Source: Octopus vulgaris (Eukaryota). Taken from it: DNA of 64,000 nt. This document shows positions 41,943 through 56,899 of the stretch, one piece after another. Below the pieces are notes generated by a model. It was not told where the DNA came from, searched no databases, and saw only the letters and a list, made by a program, of their open reading frames with translations. The stretch spans positions 19,468,001 through 19,532,000 of the forward strand of contig OX597816.1 in assembly GCA_951406725.2 (NCBI GenBank), written 5' to 3'. The position numbers were made by a program, and so were the translations under genes. Every line of letters starts with the position of its first letter. Positions within the stretch are counted from its first letter, which is position 1.

Positions 41943-42526
41943 GCGCAGGAGTGGCTGTGTGGTAAGTAGCTTGCTAACCAACCACATGGTTGCGGGTTCA
42001 GTCCCACTGCGTGGCATCTTGGGCAAGTGTCTTCTGCTATAGCCCCGGGTCGACCAATGCCTTGTGAGTGGATTTGGTAGACGGAAACTAAAAGAAGCCT
42101 GTCGTATATATATATAGGTGCAGGAGTGGCTGTGTGGTAAGTAGCTTGCTAACCAACCACATGGTTGCGGGTTCAGTCCCACTGCATGGCATCTTGGGCA
42201 AGTGTCTTCTGCTATAGCCCCGGGTCGACCAATGCCTTGTGAGTGGATTTGGTAGACGGAAACTGAAAGAAGCCTGTCGTATATATGTATATATATATAT
42301 ATGTGTGTGTGTGTGTTTGTGTGTCTGTGTTTGTCCCCCTAGCATTGCTTGACAACCGATGCTGGTGTGTCTACGTCCCCGCCACTTAGCGGTTCGGCAA
42401 AAGGGACCGATAGAATAAGTACTGGGCTTACAAAGAATAAGTTCCGGGGTCGATTTGCTCGACTAAAGGCGGTGCTCCAGCATGGCCGCAGTCAAATGAC
42501 TGAAACAAGTAAAAGAGTAAAAGAGT
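41943..42526 (+). mobile_element. SINE family A with tandemly duplicated head
   Basis: 41943-42116 and 42117-42290 are nearly identical and followed by one tail. Confidence 0.93.
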
Positions 42527-43205
42527 ATTGCGAAGCTTCAATGTAAACAGCATTTTTTTTGTCTTCCCATTCAGGGAAGGGGGTCAGTATAATTTTTTGT
42601 CTAGCTTCTTCCTCTGTCTCCCCCTCTCTTTCAGTTGATTGTTTTCGACAATCTTCATCACCAGTAACAATACTATCGCAACCAGAATTGCCATACACAC
42701 ACCATTCAGACTTCTGACATCACCAACATCAATACCTTTGACGTCGCCGCCTACCCCTCCACCACCATCCGCACTGTCTTTCACATCCCTTACTACCGCC
42801 GTCACGCTTTGACCGCCTCAGGTACCACCACCACCAACACCACTACCACCAACACCACTACCACCACCATCACCATCGCCTTTGCCTCTATCAGAACAAC
42901 ATCTCTTACTATTACAATCACCCCATTAACATCTCAAGTATCAATCTACTACCGCCCTCACCATCTCTATGCCTACTATTTCTCTTACCCCACCAAAAGG
43001 AGTAGAAGTGTCAATGAATAGAGAGAGAGTGGCTCAAAGCGTGACAAACGGACACAGAAATTTGTTTTGGCATTTATTATTACAGATGCATTCATTGACG
43101 CATATGTTTATATGTATATTAATTACAAACATAACGAATGAGATAGAAGCCACATACTATTGCTTGCATAGCATAGTGTAGAGAATCATTCTGTACCGGA
43201 GTGAT

Positions 43206-43268
43206 GCAGCGCAGTAATTAGAAACGGGTAGTCGTTGATAATGTTCGTATTAATCTATCAAAATATAT
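43206..43268 (+). repeat. ~57-bp exact direct repeat, copy 2
   Basis: Matches 41465-41527. Confidence 0.9.
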
Positions 43269-43534
43269 TTCGAAACTTCCCGACATTAACTTAACAGGCA
43301 AAGCATGATAATTCGCTTGTCAGCAGTTGGCAACTATCTAGTTTGCTTATATAACTGTAATGGATGCATTCCTAGCTGTCATACTTCGGTATTAACAGGA
43401 AATTTCCACTTATGAAAGAGAAGGTCATGAGATGACTACTGGCCTCACAGTCATGTTTGCATAAATTTCACATGCCGATTGCATCATTATGAATAATGGT
43501 TTCTAATACGTGCGTGCAGAGTAAGAACGTACGC

Positions 43535-43581
<47 letters not shown>

Positions 43582-43589
43582 TATTTATG

Positions 43590-43674
<85 letters not shown>

Positions 43675-44831
43675 ATATATACACACATACATTTATGTAA
43701 TATTCAAATGGATTGGGATGCAGGATTACTAATATGTAGGATGTTATGTAATGGACGCGTCCGTACGGTTTATAATCGAAGAGATCTTGTTTATACGTGC
43801 GAAATTAATGAAGTATGTATGTTATTTCGAAACATTGCCATTTATAACCTACACCGAAAATGGTCTTCAAGGAACTACGTGATGGTAAACAGCAAAATGA
43901 AAATGATATATAGACTTCCAGGAAATATGGTTCTCGTTGGATGGAAACTCACACCTCCTTCTTCCCCATGCGCATACTCACACATAAACGCGCGCGCTTA
44001 TGTATCTATTGACAGAGCTTTTCACACGTGTGCATGGATGTCCAGTTGCTTGTGTTGGCGGTGGATGCTGACTGCATATGTGAATGTGATTTTATTTGCC
44101 AAAGAATGCGAAACAAGGAGAGAAAAATAAATATCTCAACGTAAATCTGTTGAATTTTCGGTATTACTTTGAAATCTAATTTGCATCTGTCACATTCAGA
44201 AATTATCTTTAATCTACGGGTACCGAAATATCAAAAGAAGATAAACAGGCTAATTTTGATTTTGAAGACTGCGCTTTCAAACCAATAATTTTCTACACAT
44301 AATCAGCGATAATATAGTTAAATATTACATCATTGCTAGAGATTAAATTTATTATTATATCATATAAATAACAGATACACAAACAAATATAATCTATTTT
44401 TGTATGCAGACGCTTACGTAAACACACATGCATATATTTCTATACTCTGTCTGCAAGAATATAGCACTACCAGTAACGTTTCCACAAAGTCCATTACAAT
44501 TTAGGTTTTGCAATACTATCGCGTTCAAACTGTTATAAACTAACAGCTAGAAGAAAGACATGCTCAGGGAGAAGATTCTAAAGGTTCACTGGTCGTAGTT
44601 TGGACAATGGTCTGAGCATATTTATTAGTACGTGACCTAGAAGGATAGGAGCAGCAGAAATGGTTGGAGGAGGAAAAGGCGAATATGTTGGATGTACTTG
44701 ATTTGTGGTGTTACGATGTCAACTAGCTTCAATGAAGTGAGGTAATCATAGTGACAGAAAAGACGAAAGTGAAAAGACTCCATACATGTGGGTCACTGCC
44801 TAGAGTGTACGTCTTCCTTCTTCAATTCTCT

Positions 44832-45090
44832 AGTGCGAGTGAAATAGGGTTCACAACATTAATAATAATATCTTTTTATCATAAATGATCCTGCAGTTTT
44901 GATTTTGATTTGATTTTTCCAGTTTCAGCTTATGAGCTGTGGCCATGCTGGGGCACCGCTACTTTCCGTAAAATATTCTTTGCATTCTTTTATTGTCATA
45001 TATTTACGAGTGTTATAAATTTTATAGGTAAAATATATTTCTGGGTACGAATTACGATTCGTGACATTGCTACTATGGGAAACTATAGTT
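44832..45090 (+). mobile_element. Tigger/pogo fragment carrying a ~65-bp CR1-group LINE tail insertion (44897-44962, -)
   Basis: Flanks match 38918-39115. The insert matches the LINE tail at 9005-9050. Confidence 0.8.
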
Positions 45091-45190
45091 TCTGTGCAAA
45101 GTAGCATATATATGTGTGTGTGTGTGCGCGCGTTACGTGGAATTCTTTCTGCCTTTTAGTTTTATGAAGTGTATATTTCTTTCGTTTCAG

Positions 45191-45249
45191 GAAAATAGCA
45201 ATACAACATGGTCAATGCGATAATCCAAATCTCTTTGAATGTTACCTAG
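45191..45249 (+). other. Candidate micro-exon
   Basis: Pyrimidine tract + TTTCAG acceptor and AG|GTAATA donor. One open frame, KIAIQHGQCDNPNLFECYL. Confidence 0.25.
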
Positions 45250-45848
45250 GTAATAGCATTTCAAATGTATTCTGATCAATCCGAATGTTGATAACTGGTT
45301 GAAATAAAGTCATGGATGGTGTAATTTCTGGTATAGAATTCGCACATGATGATCTTTACGATATATATATATATATATATATATTCGTATATATTCATAT
45401 ATATCTGTTCTCGGTGTATACGGTGAGTCTTATTTCAACACGTTTTGAATGTTCTTTTGTATTTCCTGTATTGTTTCTACTAGAGAATCACTAATGTCGA
45501 CGCTTGGAGATCATTTTGGGTGTGTGATGTTATACTTTTTATTGTACGTATAGAGGTGAGTTTATACGTATGTTATGACACCCTGTCTGATTGCATTTTC
45601 TCATTTACCTAAAATGGAATTCAATGTCCTTTGTGAACCTTTTAATATTTAGTATTTCATTTGGATTTAATAAAAAGTTGTGCACGTGTCGATTCTTATA
45701 TATTTCATACAAGTTTTCATTATTTTAGTGACACTATAAACACTATACGATCATCGTATCTACTGTGTTATATTGCTAATTTCACGGATATTATGTTCGG
45801 CGTAGGTGAAAACATCATGTAATACATTCATAGATTTACAGAAGGTCA

Positions 45849-46534
45849 GGATATTTATCTTTTGACCGACAGATTTAAAAAAAAGAATTTTGTGTGACTA
45901 AACACTTTCAAACTTCGGACACTGGTAGAATGTGTCATACAAAACATGTTTTGCTATTAGCACTTTTGAGAAAAACTTATATTTAGGAAGTTATTTCATG
46001 TTAAATATCTCGTATTTCGGAAAAGTCCAACCAATCAATGACGTGTATTCATCTGAATAAAATTACTGCCGTTGTTTGTCAACAACAACTATCGGCGGTG
46101 TATTTTTCGTTTGTCACTGTTATTTATGGTATCGTTCGTGCGTTTGTACTGGTTTTAAGGTTTTAGGGTTAGGGTTAAGATTTTGGGGTTAGGGCCTTGG
46201 GGTTAGGGTTAGTGATTTAGGAATAGAGGTAGGGTTAGGTTTTTAGGGTTAGTGTTGTCATAAAATCAGTGAAAAACGAAATATACACCGCCGGAAGTTC
46301 TTGTTGACAAACTACGGCAGTAATTTTATTCAGCTGAATAAACGTCATTGATTGGTTGAAATTACCGAAAGGCGAGAACTTTAACATGAAATAACTTCTT
46401 AAATATAATTTTTTCTCAAAAATGCTAACAGTAAAATATGTTTTATATGACACATTCTACCAATGTCCGAAGTATGAAAGTGTTTAGTTACAAAAAATTA
46501 TTTTTTAAATATGTAGGTCAAAAGGTAAAGATTC
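45849..46534. mobile_element. Foldback/MITE with ~280-bp inverted arms and a degenerate (TTAGGG)n core
   Basis: 45849-46131 mirrors 46256-46534. Core 46155-46252 contains several TTAGGG units. Confidence 0.9.
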
Positions 46535-46717
46535 GAAAGCCATTGTATTCATATGACGTCTGCTTATTTTGTATCATTTTGTGTTTAGCTTTCATATTAG
46601 GTGGTCTAATTCCATTCATATGAAAATTGTTATTGCTTACTATGATGTTATGATACTGCGTTGTATTGATAAATTACATGTAACCTCTCAAATGTTTTGT
46701 TGAGAGATATCGTTTTA

Positions 46718-46877
46718 AAATTAGTGTAAAATTTAGAATTTTAGGAAAAGGAAATATGCCAAATGTTAATGGCGTCTGAGAACATGCTTCTGTTCTTTTT
46801 TTAAATTAGCGTACATTTTAGAATTTTAGTAAAAGGAAATGTGCCCAGTGTTAATGATATCTGAGAAAATGCTTCTG
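46718..46877 (+). repeat. Two-copy tandem repeat, ~85-bp period
   Basis: AAATTAGYGTA...TTTAGAATTTTAG.AAAAGGAAAT.TGCC...TCTGAGAA.ATGCTTCTG occurs twice. Confidence 0.85.
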
Positions 46878-47371
46878 AATCACGCTGTATATCACATCCC
46901 TATCATAGTCGCAATTATCTATAGCTAATTAATCCTGATTCAGTCGCTTAATGTATTGTTAGGAATTGATTTATGCATAGATATAGGACATTTGTATGTA
47001 AATAACACTATTATAAATTTGTTTTGTCTGTGCTGATCAGAGTTATTTTGCATAATAAAATGTAGGCCTATTGTATATGGCGGTGCTATATTGTATACCT
47101 GATTAGTATTCACAAATCTTTTTCTACTCTGCGTTGTTTATCTCGTAATTTCACTTTGTAAACGTATAGCATGATTATTACGTAAACGCTATTCTTTCTC
47201 AGAAATAATTTTGTGTGTTATATATGGTACGTAGCAATGGCTTTTACTATGAATCCTGAAACATTCCTTTCCATATTCTTCTCAGAATTGTATTCCTGCG
47301 CCAAATTAAGAATTTATCATCATTATTATTATTATTATTATAATTTTTTTTTTTAATTATTATTATTATTA

Positions 47372-47964
47372 TGTAAGAGAGCAGTGCATGCCACCAAATT
47401 GACACTGGGTTTAAAATATATGAAACCCAGTATACCCATCTTGACTACCCGCCTGATAAGGATACACCAAGCACATGCATCACAACCATATGTGCACTAC
47501 ATAGTGATCTCATATCAAGATAAACAGCGCATGACCTTGCATGTGAGGCCCAGTTATAATTTTCTTCAGGTCGAGTAGCCCATCCCGCTCAAAACGTCCT
47601 GTATAAGGATTGTTTACGGATGTTGAACGAAACACCCATGTTTCCAAAGGTGAATTATCCAAACCCCAAAGAATCTCTCTCGACACATGGCTATGATGCT
47701 CCCCCACTACTTCTGCTGTGGTCAGAGATGCACATATCGTCCGCCATTAAGGGACATGTTCAACTGTTTAAGGTCAAACAACTAACAAGAAAATCTGTGG
47801 TATTGAGCAGAATATATGTTGTAGCCTATCATTTATACCATGACAAAGCAATGTACATGATAACGCTTCCAATCGGTTAAGATCAGAAGCCATGAGAGCC
47901 ACTGCCTGGTACAGCATCAGGGCAAAAGAAGCCATGAAAGCCACTGGCTGGTATTGCATTTGGG

Positions 47965-47966
<2 letters not shown>
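47372..47966 (-). mobile_element. Non-coding retroelement in (TAA)n, longer copy of 27198-27533
   Basis: (ATT)n on both sides. The 5' end has a ~40-bp tandem duplication. Confidence 0.8.
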
Positions 47967-48015
<49 letters not shown>

Positions 48016-48054
48016 CATTATTATTATTTTATTGTTATTATTATTATTAATGTA

Positions 48055-48260
48055 GTGCTCTGGCAGAACGGTAAGCACGCCAAACAAAATATTTAGCGGT
48101 ATTTCTTTCATCTTTACGTTCTGATTTCATATTTCACTGAAGTCGAATTTTCCTTCCTTCCTTCCTGGGGTCAATAAATTTAGTTCCATTCAATTACTGG
48201 TGTCGATGTTATCGACTTACCATCTCCGCAAAAATAACAGGCCAATGCCAAAAATTTGAG
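48055..48260 (+). mobile_element. SINE family B, degenerate
   Basis: TGGCAGAACGGTAAGCACGCC...TACGTTCTGA...GGGGTCAATAAATT. Confidence 0.72.
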
Positions 48261-48819
48261 ACCATAAAAATCAACAACATTTATCGTCATCATTTTAATC
48301 ATAATCGTCGAATCATCGCGGTCGTCATCATAGTCGTTGTTGCCGTCGGAATCATCATCGTCATTGTCATTTTTTTTCTTCCGGATATTTCGAAAATGCT
48401 TCGTGCTCCACTGTGAATGCTGGTACAATGTATTTCGTGTCAAAAGCTGTTGATTGTACCGTATATTAAGAAACTAATACGTTTAAAGCTTAGTGACTAT
48501 AAGAAACTGTGTTGGCTAATGTCGCATCAGATTCAGGAATGTTAAGTGACAATAAAGAAACGCAAATTACTTCACTAAAATCGTGACGAAATTAAACAAC
48601 ATAGAGGAATATCTATCGCTATGTCTACAAGAAAGAGTAATTAAAATTGTCGGTGAGTGAGGTGAGGACTAGAACAAAAGAATTTAAAACTAACCAACAT
48701 GTTTCATGTTTTCACTTTGCGTAGTAAGTAGTCGGATTGTGCTAAAGTGAAAGTACATAAACAGAATGTAGAATGTAACAACACACGTACAGAAAAATGT
48801 ACATGCACAGAAGCATATG

Positions 48820-50020
<1,201 letters not shown>

Positions 50021-50757
50021 CATAGGCTTATATCAATCTATACTGAACAATTATAAGCTGCCTTCAAGTATCCTTCAAATTCCTCTTTTTTTAATCAATT
50101 GATTACGCATTTGAATATTATTTTAATAAAATTTAATGGGATTAATATATACAAGCTTTGAATCGATTCTATGTATCAAATATTTTTTATATGTTATCGT
50201 TTAGTCCATATTGCTTTCCTAATATTTCATAGTTTTGGTAAATATTTCCGACGTTTAATTAAATTTTTCGTTGCATCAAAAATTGAAAAATATTCTACAT
50301 CAACGTTGTTACAAATACTTTCAGTATGTAGAAGCAACTCTATTCCAGATAGTGTGTTTTATAAAATTTGATGTATCGATATCTCTACGTAGGATGTTCA
50401 CTGCAAATGCATAGGCATCACATGAGACCCCTAATAAGGATCGAAAATCGATTAAGGCGATTAAACAGGAACATTTGTTTGTATACTACGTAGCTTAACG
50501 TACATTATATCGCATCTTAATCGTTTGTAATGTGTGACGCTGTTCACGGGCTTCTGGTATTAAATGAAATTAAAATACTAATGGTATGAACATTAGTAAT
50601 TATTGTTCTCAGAACTCATTAGGCTCAGTGTATATATAAACAGAAGGGCTATTTATTTCTCTAGGATTGGATAAATATTGTAGACTCGTTGGATGAGATC
50701 TAAATACTTAATCATATCCATGGGTATGAGTAAGTATTTCACTTATATCTCACGTAT

Positions 50758-50818
50758 TTGCCGCTGATGAGGGGAAAATTTATCATTAATTTACCCCGAA
50801 ATTGGACCAATACGGTAA
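50758..50818 (+). ncRNA. Type I hammerhead ribozyme, canonical core
   Basis: TTGCCG-CTGATGA-GGGGAAAATT...AATTTACCCC-GAAA-TTGGACCAA-TA-CGGTAA. Quasi-palindromic stem III, AUA triplet, predicted cut after 50812. The host element ends at (TA)n near 51040. Confidence 0.88.
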
Positions 50819-51038
50819 TAACGAATTTTTTAGAGATTTCTATCGGTTTGTTTCGAGACGCATAAATTATAACGGTTATTGAAAAGTTTTGTCTTTTTTC
50901 TGCATATTTGGCATTAGAATTTTTCTTTTGCCCTCATCTTGTAAATTATTTATAAATTTAACCTTTAAAGGTATTTTTTGATATGCTGGCCATTGATAAA
51001 AAAATTTTTCCCGAAAAAAAATTTTATCCTACATTAAG

Positions 51039-51100
<62 letters not shown>

Positions 51101-51115
51101 GCATACATACACATG

Positions 51116-51166
<51 letters not shown>

Positions 51167-51168
<2 letters not shown>

Positions 51169-51370
51169 GGTTGAAATTTATAGAAATCTAAAAGACGAAG
51201 ACAGTTATATGAACAACAAGCTTGAGTATTAGTTTGATGCTCGGGTAACATAAAAAAAGTTTTTTACATTTCGAGCCTACGCTCTTCAACAGAAAGGTAT
51301 AAGAGAGAATAAACATAGAAAGAGAGAGTGAAAAAAGCTTAGCGATTTCATTGGTCCAGCAGCTGATAAA
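51167..51370 (-). mobile_element. pLTR-type fragment with hammerhead-like motif, CTGTTGA core (51262-51295)
   Basis: Minus strand TTT-CTGTTGA-A-GAGC-GTAG-GCTC-GAAAT-GTA-AAA. Lies between (TA)n and (CA)n. Confidence 0.72.
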
Positions 51371-52539
51371 CACACACACACACACACACACACACACCCA
51401 CTCACACACACACATACACACACACGCAGGCACAACATTTAAATAAGTCTATTGACATTTAGCTCGAAGTTTCGGGCAGTAATAAAATCAACAGAGTGCG
51501 ATGTATTGATCTTAATCTTGGATTTATATAAATCCTATTAAGTTAATATCTTCAAAAATGTGGATTTGAGTGGAATATTACTTGGGTTTTAGCGTAGATT
51601 GTTGATGGCTCATGTTTTTGAAAATGTTTCCATCATAAACATATATTAAAATATATATGTACACATATACATATGTACACAAAATATATATATGTACACA
51701 ATATATATAAAAATATAGATATGTACAAAAAAGAAACATGTACACATATATGCATATGTACATATATGTATGTATCCGGTAATAAACTGTTATTGACACG
51801 TGGGGACAAAACCAACGACAGCCGCAGCTAAGTTTGAACTCAGAATGTAAAAGGTCAGGAGAAATACCACAGTGGCTTTTTTAGCCAACGCCACTTGCCA
51901 GCTTGTCAATAAATACCTGTGTAATTAGAAAAATCATATACTAATCAGGGAATAAAATTTAGCACTTAGATGCCTCTGTTTCATTCTCTCTTTCCTTTCT
52001 TTCCGATACAAGAATCCGATAAATCATAAAAACGATCCATGCTATAAATTCTGATAACGTGAGAGATATAATACAGAATATGTTTAATTTATGTGTAAAA
52101 TATTCAGTTGTATTTTTTTTTTATATCTTAACTTAATTCCTGTGTTACATCGCATACTATTGAGCTGACATTAATAAATTATCTTCCACCCGTATACAAC
52201 AATTTCTTCAATTAACTATCTCTTTAAATACCAAGCTTATCTGAGAATGTATGAGCACACTAATTTTATGGTCTATTCCTACACGCCGTTTCTATGGTTG
52301 CATATCTGGAGTATTTACATATATGGCTGACGTTGGTGTACAAATGTAAATGTCTTCAATTTTCTGTTTAACATTAAAACAATATTTTTTAATGTAACGA
52401 TCTCATTTATTGTTTATCTTGAACTAGCTTCATTAACAAGGTTGCTTCAATATAATCGCTTGACTGACTAGAAATACAAGTTACATCATTCGATCCAGCG
52501 ATGGCTCAGGAGAATCTTAAGCGTTTTGGATACAGTGTT

Positions 52540-52630
52540 TTGTGGTATTTGTTCGGATTTTCTTCAGTGTGAGTTCAAAACCCGCCGAGGACAATTTTGC
52601 CTCTCCTCCCTTCTAGGTTGATAAAATTTC
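52540..52630 (+). mobile_element. SINE family B remnant
   Basis: GTGAGTTCAAAACCCGCCGAGGACAATTTTGCC...GGTTGATAAAAT. Confidence 0.6.
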
Positions 52631-53611
52631 CCATTGCTTGCCTGTGGATTACAAAAGTAGTAAGAATGTCGAAACTTGATGTTTTGTGATATTCGTTTGT
52701 GTCTACGTGATTTGATTTCAGATTCTTGGCCGCCATGTCCCACTTGGAAAGTAACTTTCATTCATCACGAAGCTTGACACAACTATCTGTCAACAGGTAT
52801 ATCGCTAGTAGAGGTCACTGCTTTACGAGTATTTAGAAATTAAAACATACAAACTCGCCCAAGGTTCATTTGTACTGAACAATGGTCAATGCTTTAGCAA
52901 CTGACTAAAAGAGAAATAAAAATTCACAAACCGCTCCTTCCTTTGTTAAAAATGAATTTTATAACGTAACTCATCGCTTACTGACTTTGGAATGTAAGAC
53001 AGGGTGATTGCCGAAGTCTTCAATATCTCTGATGATATGGTTGCTCGTTTTGGGCTGACCTGAAGTGAAACAAGAATATCAAGCATCAAGGATTGTGTCT
53101 GTAGTGAGGCCCTTGATATAATGCTAGAAAATATAGTAAATCAGCTTCAAAGCAAAAAGTAAACGGAAGGGTTGTTAATTCAGTTAGAGATGAACTGTTG
53201 CGAAAGAAATAAAAAAATGAGGAAACCCACTGTAAATATGTGCAGAACTGTACGATGAAACGTAGTGTAATTGTATATTTAGGAAGGGTATTTTGAGTTA
53301 AATATGAAGTGATGTATTTGGAGAGTAATCAAAACCTGTGATCACTGTTTCCTATCTCCAATTATAGATCTGTTGCTTTCAAATCCAATATCTCAAAAGT
53401 TATGGAAAATGTTGCCAGTGATATTCTTTATCCTTCTGAATTACACACATTCCTCAGTTACCAAATTTATGGATTCTGCATGGCTACAGTCACTGAAATA
53501 CTTCTTTTCTATCACTTACGTGGAGGCACTAAACAGTAGCAAAACATTCGGCGTTTCCTGCTGGCTAAAATTTCCTTTTTCGTATAATCAAATGGGTTGG
53601 GTTTGTTCTGC

Positions 53612-54768
53612 CTGTTCAAAGCAATGCAATTTGATGTCATAGCAGTGTGACAGGAGCTCATCCACTTTCTGCTATCTTCTTTTTTGCTTCTTAATGTACA
53701 TCAACAACATAAATACCATCGCCTTCTATAGCTCACACAATTTTGTATATACTGATGATCGTGACCCCTTCTTAAGAATCTGCGCACCTGTACTATTTGT
53801 ATAGAAGCTGTCAAAATAAATAATCACAATCGCATGTCAAAACATTAGCTAAATATGTCATATTAGTCTCATCTTGTTTAACGTTACGAGTTCAAAATCA
53901 TTCCATATATAAGGAGAATAAATCTTGTTTCTGAGGGGTCTAGAACTTTGAACGTAGTTGCAAATACTCAAATCCAGTAGTACTGTTTAAACTTTTGGAA
54001 GACATTCCGCTAAGAACAGGACAAATCAAATGTTCAAATATTCAAACATTGGTTGTCAGTTTATAGTAAGAAAATAATTCAAATCTCAAAGATTTTGAGT
54101 CACAAAAAGCTCAAAATTAAATCATTTGTTGAGTATTTTCCCCACATCTAAGAGGTGCTGTTACAATACATGTTACATAATAGAAAAATTCCCCGAAAAA
54201 AGTAATTGCATGGTTGATTGTAAACCTGTCCCCTACAAAAGGGCTGTATTGGCAGTTTGTCTATTTTATCGCTGCGATACCTAATTTATCAGTCAGCAAT
54301 ACCCATATTTTTCACTTGTCTATTTTACATTTGTTATCCATAGTTTGCCTCTATGTTATCAACAAATTTGTTGTTTAAGTAGAACAGCGTAAGTATCAAT
54401 ACCGATGATCTATGTATGAGTGTAAACCATACGATTATGGCCCATCCCACCTAAACAAACCTGTATAGTATCATTACAATTTTCCGAATGTACTTGTTTA
54501 CATTTCATGCAGATTTAACACAGTACTTAACTGGTAAATTTAATCAATTTAATATGAATTATCATAAGAAGGAATCACGATCGTCAGTATATACAAAATT
54601 GCGTGAGCTATAGAAGGCGACGGCATTCATGTTGTTGGTGTACATTAAGAAGCAAAAGCAAAAAGGGCAGAAAGTGGATGAGCTCCTGTTACACTGCTAT
54701 GATATCACATCGCATTGCTTTGAACAGACGGTACTAATAACTTTAATCAATTTAATATGAATTATCAT
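53612..54768. repeat. Inverted duplication (53612-53776 vs 54565-54728); second copy flanked by a 27-bp direct repeat
   Basis: Reverse-complement match by eye. TTTAATCAATTTAATATGAATTATCAT at 54539-54565 and 54742-54768. Confidence 0.88.
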
Positions 54769-55869
54769 CACCTATGAACACTGAATATATTTGTATAAAA
54801 GAATGGCTTTCATTCAACTTACTTGCATAAAGATGAAAATCCGAGTGAATATATTCAAAAATTACATCACAACCTCAGAGTGCAAGAGACACACGAAGTT
54901 GCCAAATTTTAGGAACTAATTTTTACTAATCATACTTGCAAATTCGAACCTAAGAATTTAGCATGCAAGTAAACTACGAATAAACTGCACCAGGGAAACA
55001 GATAGAGGCAGCCAAATTGTTTTTCTTGGCTTACTTTTAAAGCCATCGTCCGGTCAGGATAACTCAGCCATGGATTTCAAGAGCAGTTATGATGATGCAA
55101 TTCAAGAAATATTGACTTGAACATAGATCTAATTGAACTATAAGCTTGTATACTTATATACAAAAATCCATATCTATTTATCTCTAAATGTATGTGTGTG
55201 TATGTGTGTGTATTTACATGTAGGCAAGTGTGCGTGTGAGTATTTGTGTGTGCGTTTCTGGGTGAATACGCAAAATTATATCCGCTTCACTGATTAAGGT
55301 AGTAAGCGTGACAGTAATGAAAATGTGTGGAGAATATATATGTTCATATGCGAGTAATTAAAAAATAAAATCTGTCTCTGCCAGTCGTTCTGTTTAATAT
55401 ATATATATACCCACATGTATATATTCACACATAGAGAAAACGATGGAGTTGGCATTAGGTTTTTATACGGACGTGGCTAAAGCTTAAGCGAAGTTCTTTC
55501 GGAGAAACAAGTCTCAATCTCTTAACAACACAACCTTACCAGCGCATAAGCTCTATCTCTCTCAGCCTCTCTATCATTCTCTCTCTCTCTCTCTCATCTC
55601 TCTTTCTCACTCTCTGTCGCTCTGCATATACATATACATATACATACACTATGTGTTTGTACAGATACATAGTGAGAGACGATTGCTATATTGTATATCT
55701 ATTTGTAAAAATGCTTCTATATTTGGAAACGAAAACCTTAATCAACTCCCTCAAAACAAATTTTATCATCAATATTTACTGACTCTGGTTATAGATTCAC
55801 ACTCCTCATTAGAGAAAACTTCCAGTCAGTTTATTGTTTCCAGGAGATTAATTTTCAAACAAATGTAAC

Positions 55870-55906
<37 letters not shown>

Positions 55907-56425
55907 GCCATATACATAAATTATAGTGAAACATAGATAGTCCCAGCTCTACTGCATAATATGAGGTGTGTGGATGAGCGTAAGGAGAACTTTATTTCAT
56001 ACGATTCCTTTATTATATCTGAATGATTTGTTTTGGAAATTATTTATTGGAATATTTTTTCAATAATCATGGTTTAAACTTTATATTATATTTGTAATAA
56101 AGTATTCTATTTTAATAACCGTTGCTGGTGTTGGTGGCATTGCGAATGTTATATTGTTTCTAGAAGCAAATACACACATTCGCAAATATAAAATAATATG
56201 CACAAGTATATAGCCCTTTGTGTATGTGTGTGTGCTCCTCTGTGTATGTATGCGGCCTCTTTGTATATGCACTCAAACATAAGCCCTAAACATACACCAA
56301 CACAAAGAAAACCCATGTGCAGCCTGCGACCCACAGATAGATGCATACATAGATAGATGCATAGACACCAACACACACACGCATTTATATCTATGCTTAT
56401 ATGTAGCTATATAACTTTATATATA

Positions 56426-56815
56426 GGCGTAGGAGTGGGTGTGTGATAAGTAGCTTACTTACGAACCATATGATTCCGGGTTCAGTCCCACTGCGTGGCA
56501 CCCTGGGTAATTGTCTTCTACTATAGCCTTGGACGCCCAAAGCCTTGCGAGTGTATTTCGTAGACGGAGAGTAAAAGAAGCCCATCGTACGTATATACGC
56601 ATATATGTATGTCTGTGTGCGTTTGTCCCCACAGCATCGCTTTGAAAACCGATGTTGGTGTGTTTACGTTCCAGTAGCTTAGCGGTTTTGTAAAAGATAC
56701 CGATAGAATAAGTTACTAGGTTTACAAAGAATAAGTCCTAGTGTCGATGTGTTCGATTAAAGGCGCTGCACCAGCATGGCCGCAGTCAAATGACTGAAAT
56801 AAGTAAAATAATAAA
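56426..56815 (+). mobile_element. SINE family A
   Basis: Full head and tail match. Confidence 0.9.
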
Positions 56816-56899
56816 AAAAATATGTTTCGAAGGCTGCAATATTTTTCATCCTATCTATCATCTTTTTCATTGATTCAATAATATATACCATTCGTAATC

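Noticed and set aside
41736-42182. 148-aa ORF and recurrent peptides such as RQASFSFRLPNPLTR
   Set aside because: Antisense translation of SINE family A.
46155-46252. True telomere or chromosome fusion site
   Set aside because: Short, degenerate, single orientation, and enclosed by transposon-like arms.
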